A DNA stretch of 64,000 nt from a virus. The stretch lies in IMG/VR virus record IMGVR_UViG_3300007539_000009, positions 1-64,000 of that record; one strand, given 5' to 3'. The position numbers and the translations under genes were made by a program. This document shows positions 64,000-64,000 of this stretch, in pieces; position 1 is the first letter of the stretch; the number at the start of each line of letters is the position of its first letter. A model generated the notes under the pieces. That model saw only the letters and a list, made by a program, of their open reading frames with translations. It was not told the origin of the DNA and did no database searches.

Positions 64000-64000
64000 A

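Noticed and set aside
1-64000. Stop-codon reassignment
   Set aside because: Conserved genes (polA, dnaB, terL, uvrD) are uninterrupted in the standard code, and TAA, TAG and TGA all serve as natural ends.
1-64000. Integrase, reverse transcriptase/DGR, tRNA or rRNA genes
   Set aside because: No corresponding motifs (YxDD RT, tyrosine/serine recombinase, T-arm GTTCRA in a cloverleaf) were found by inspection.

Overview
This window is 64 kb of a large, GC-rich contractile-tailed (myovirus-like) bacteriophage genome, organised as two convergent arms that meet at back-to-back terminators near 36.2 kb. The + arm (1-36.2 kb) carries replication, recombination and transcription genes: HTH initiator-like protein, degenerate DnaC-like loader, DnaB, primase, SSB-like protein, family A DNA polymerase, intein-containing UvrD, SF2 helicase, RecA, Hjc-like and RuvC-like resolvases, Cas4-like nuclease and a sigma70-like factor. 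An accessory block between dnaB and dnaG holds an i-type/destabilase lysozyme, a secreted esterase and two paralogous fibres. The - arm (36.3-64 kb) is the morphogenesis operon: C-terminal part of an RNA polymerase beta-prime subunit, baseplate spike, TerL, prohead protease, major capsid, neck, sheath and tube. The strongest unexplained patterns are: (1) a K-x-A motif, often as an N-terminal DELxKxA leader, recurring in about 16 morphogenesis proteins including the capsid, proposed here as a protease-cleavage and capsid-targeting code for a family of small basic cargo proteins; (2) a cellular-type RNAP beta-prime gene translationally coupled into the virion operon; (3) a repeated bipartite promoter-plus-hairpin element (AAAATG-N17-AGTCTATTGAGGGAA...CCCTC) and a 57-bp direct repeat flanking a one-gene cassette; (4) a neck protein fused to about 1000 aa of fibre-like repeats. 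All functional calls come from motif recognition by eye; no database searches were run. No tRNA, rRNA, CRISPR array, integrase or reverse transcriptase was seen.
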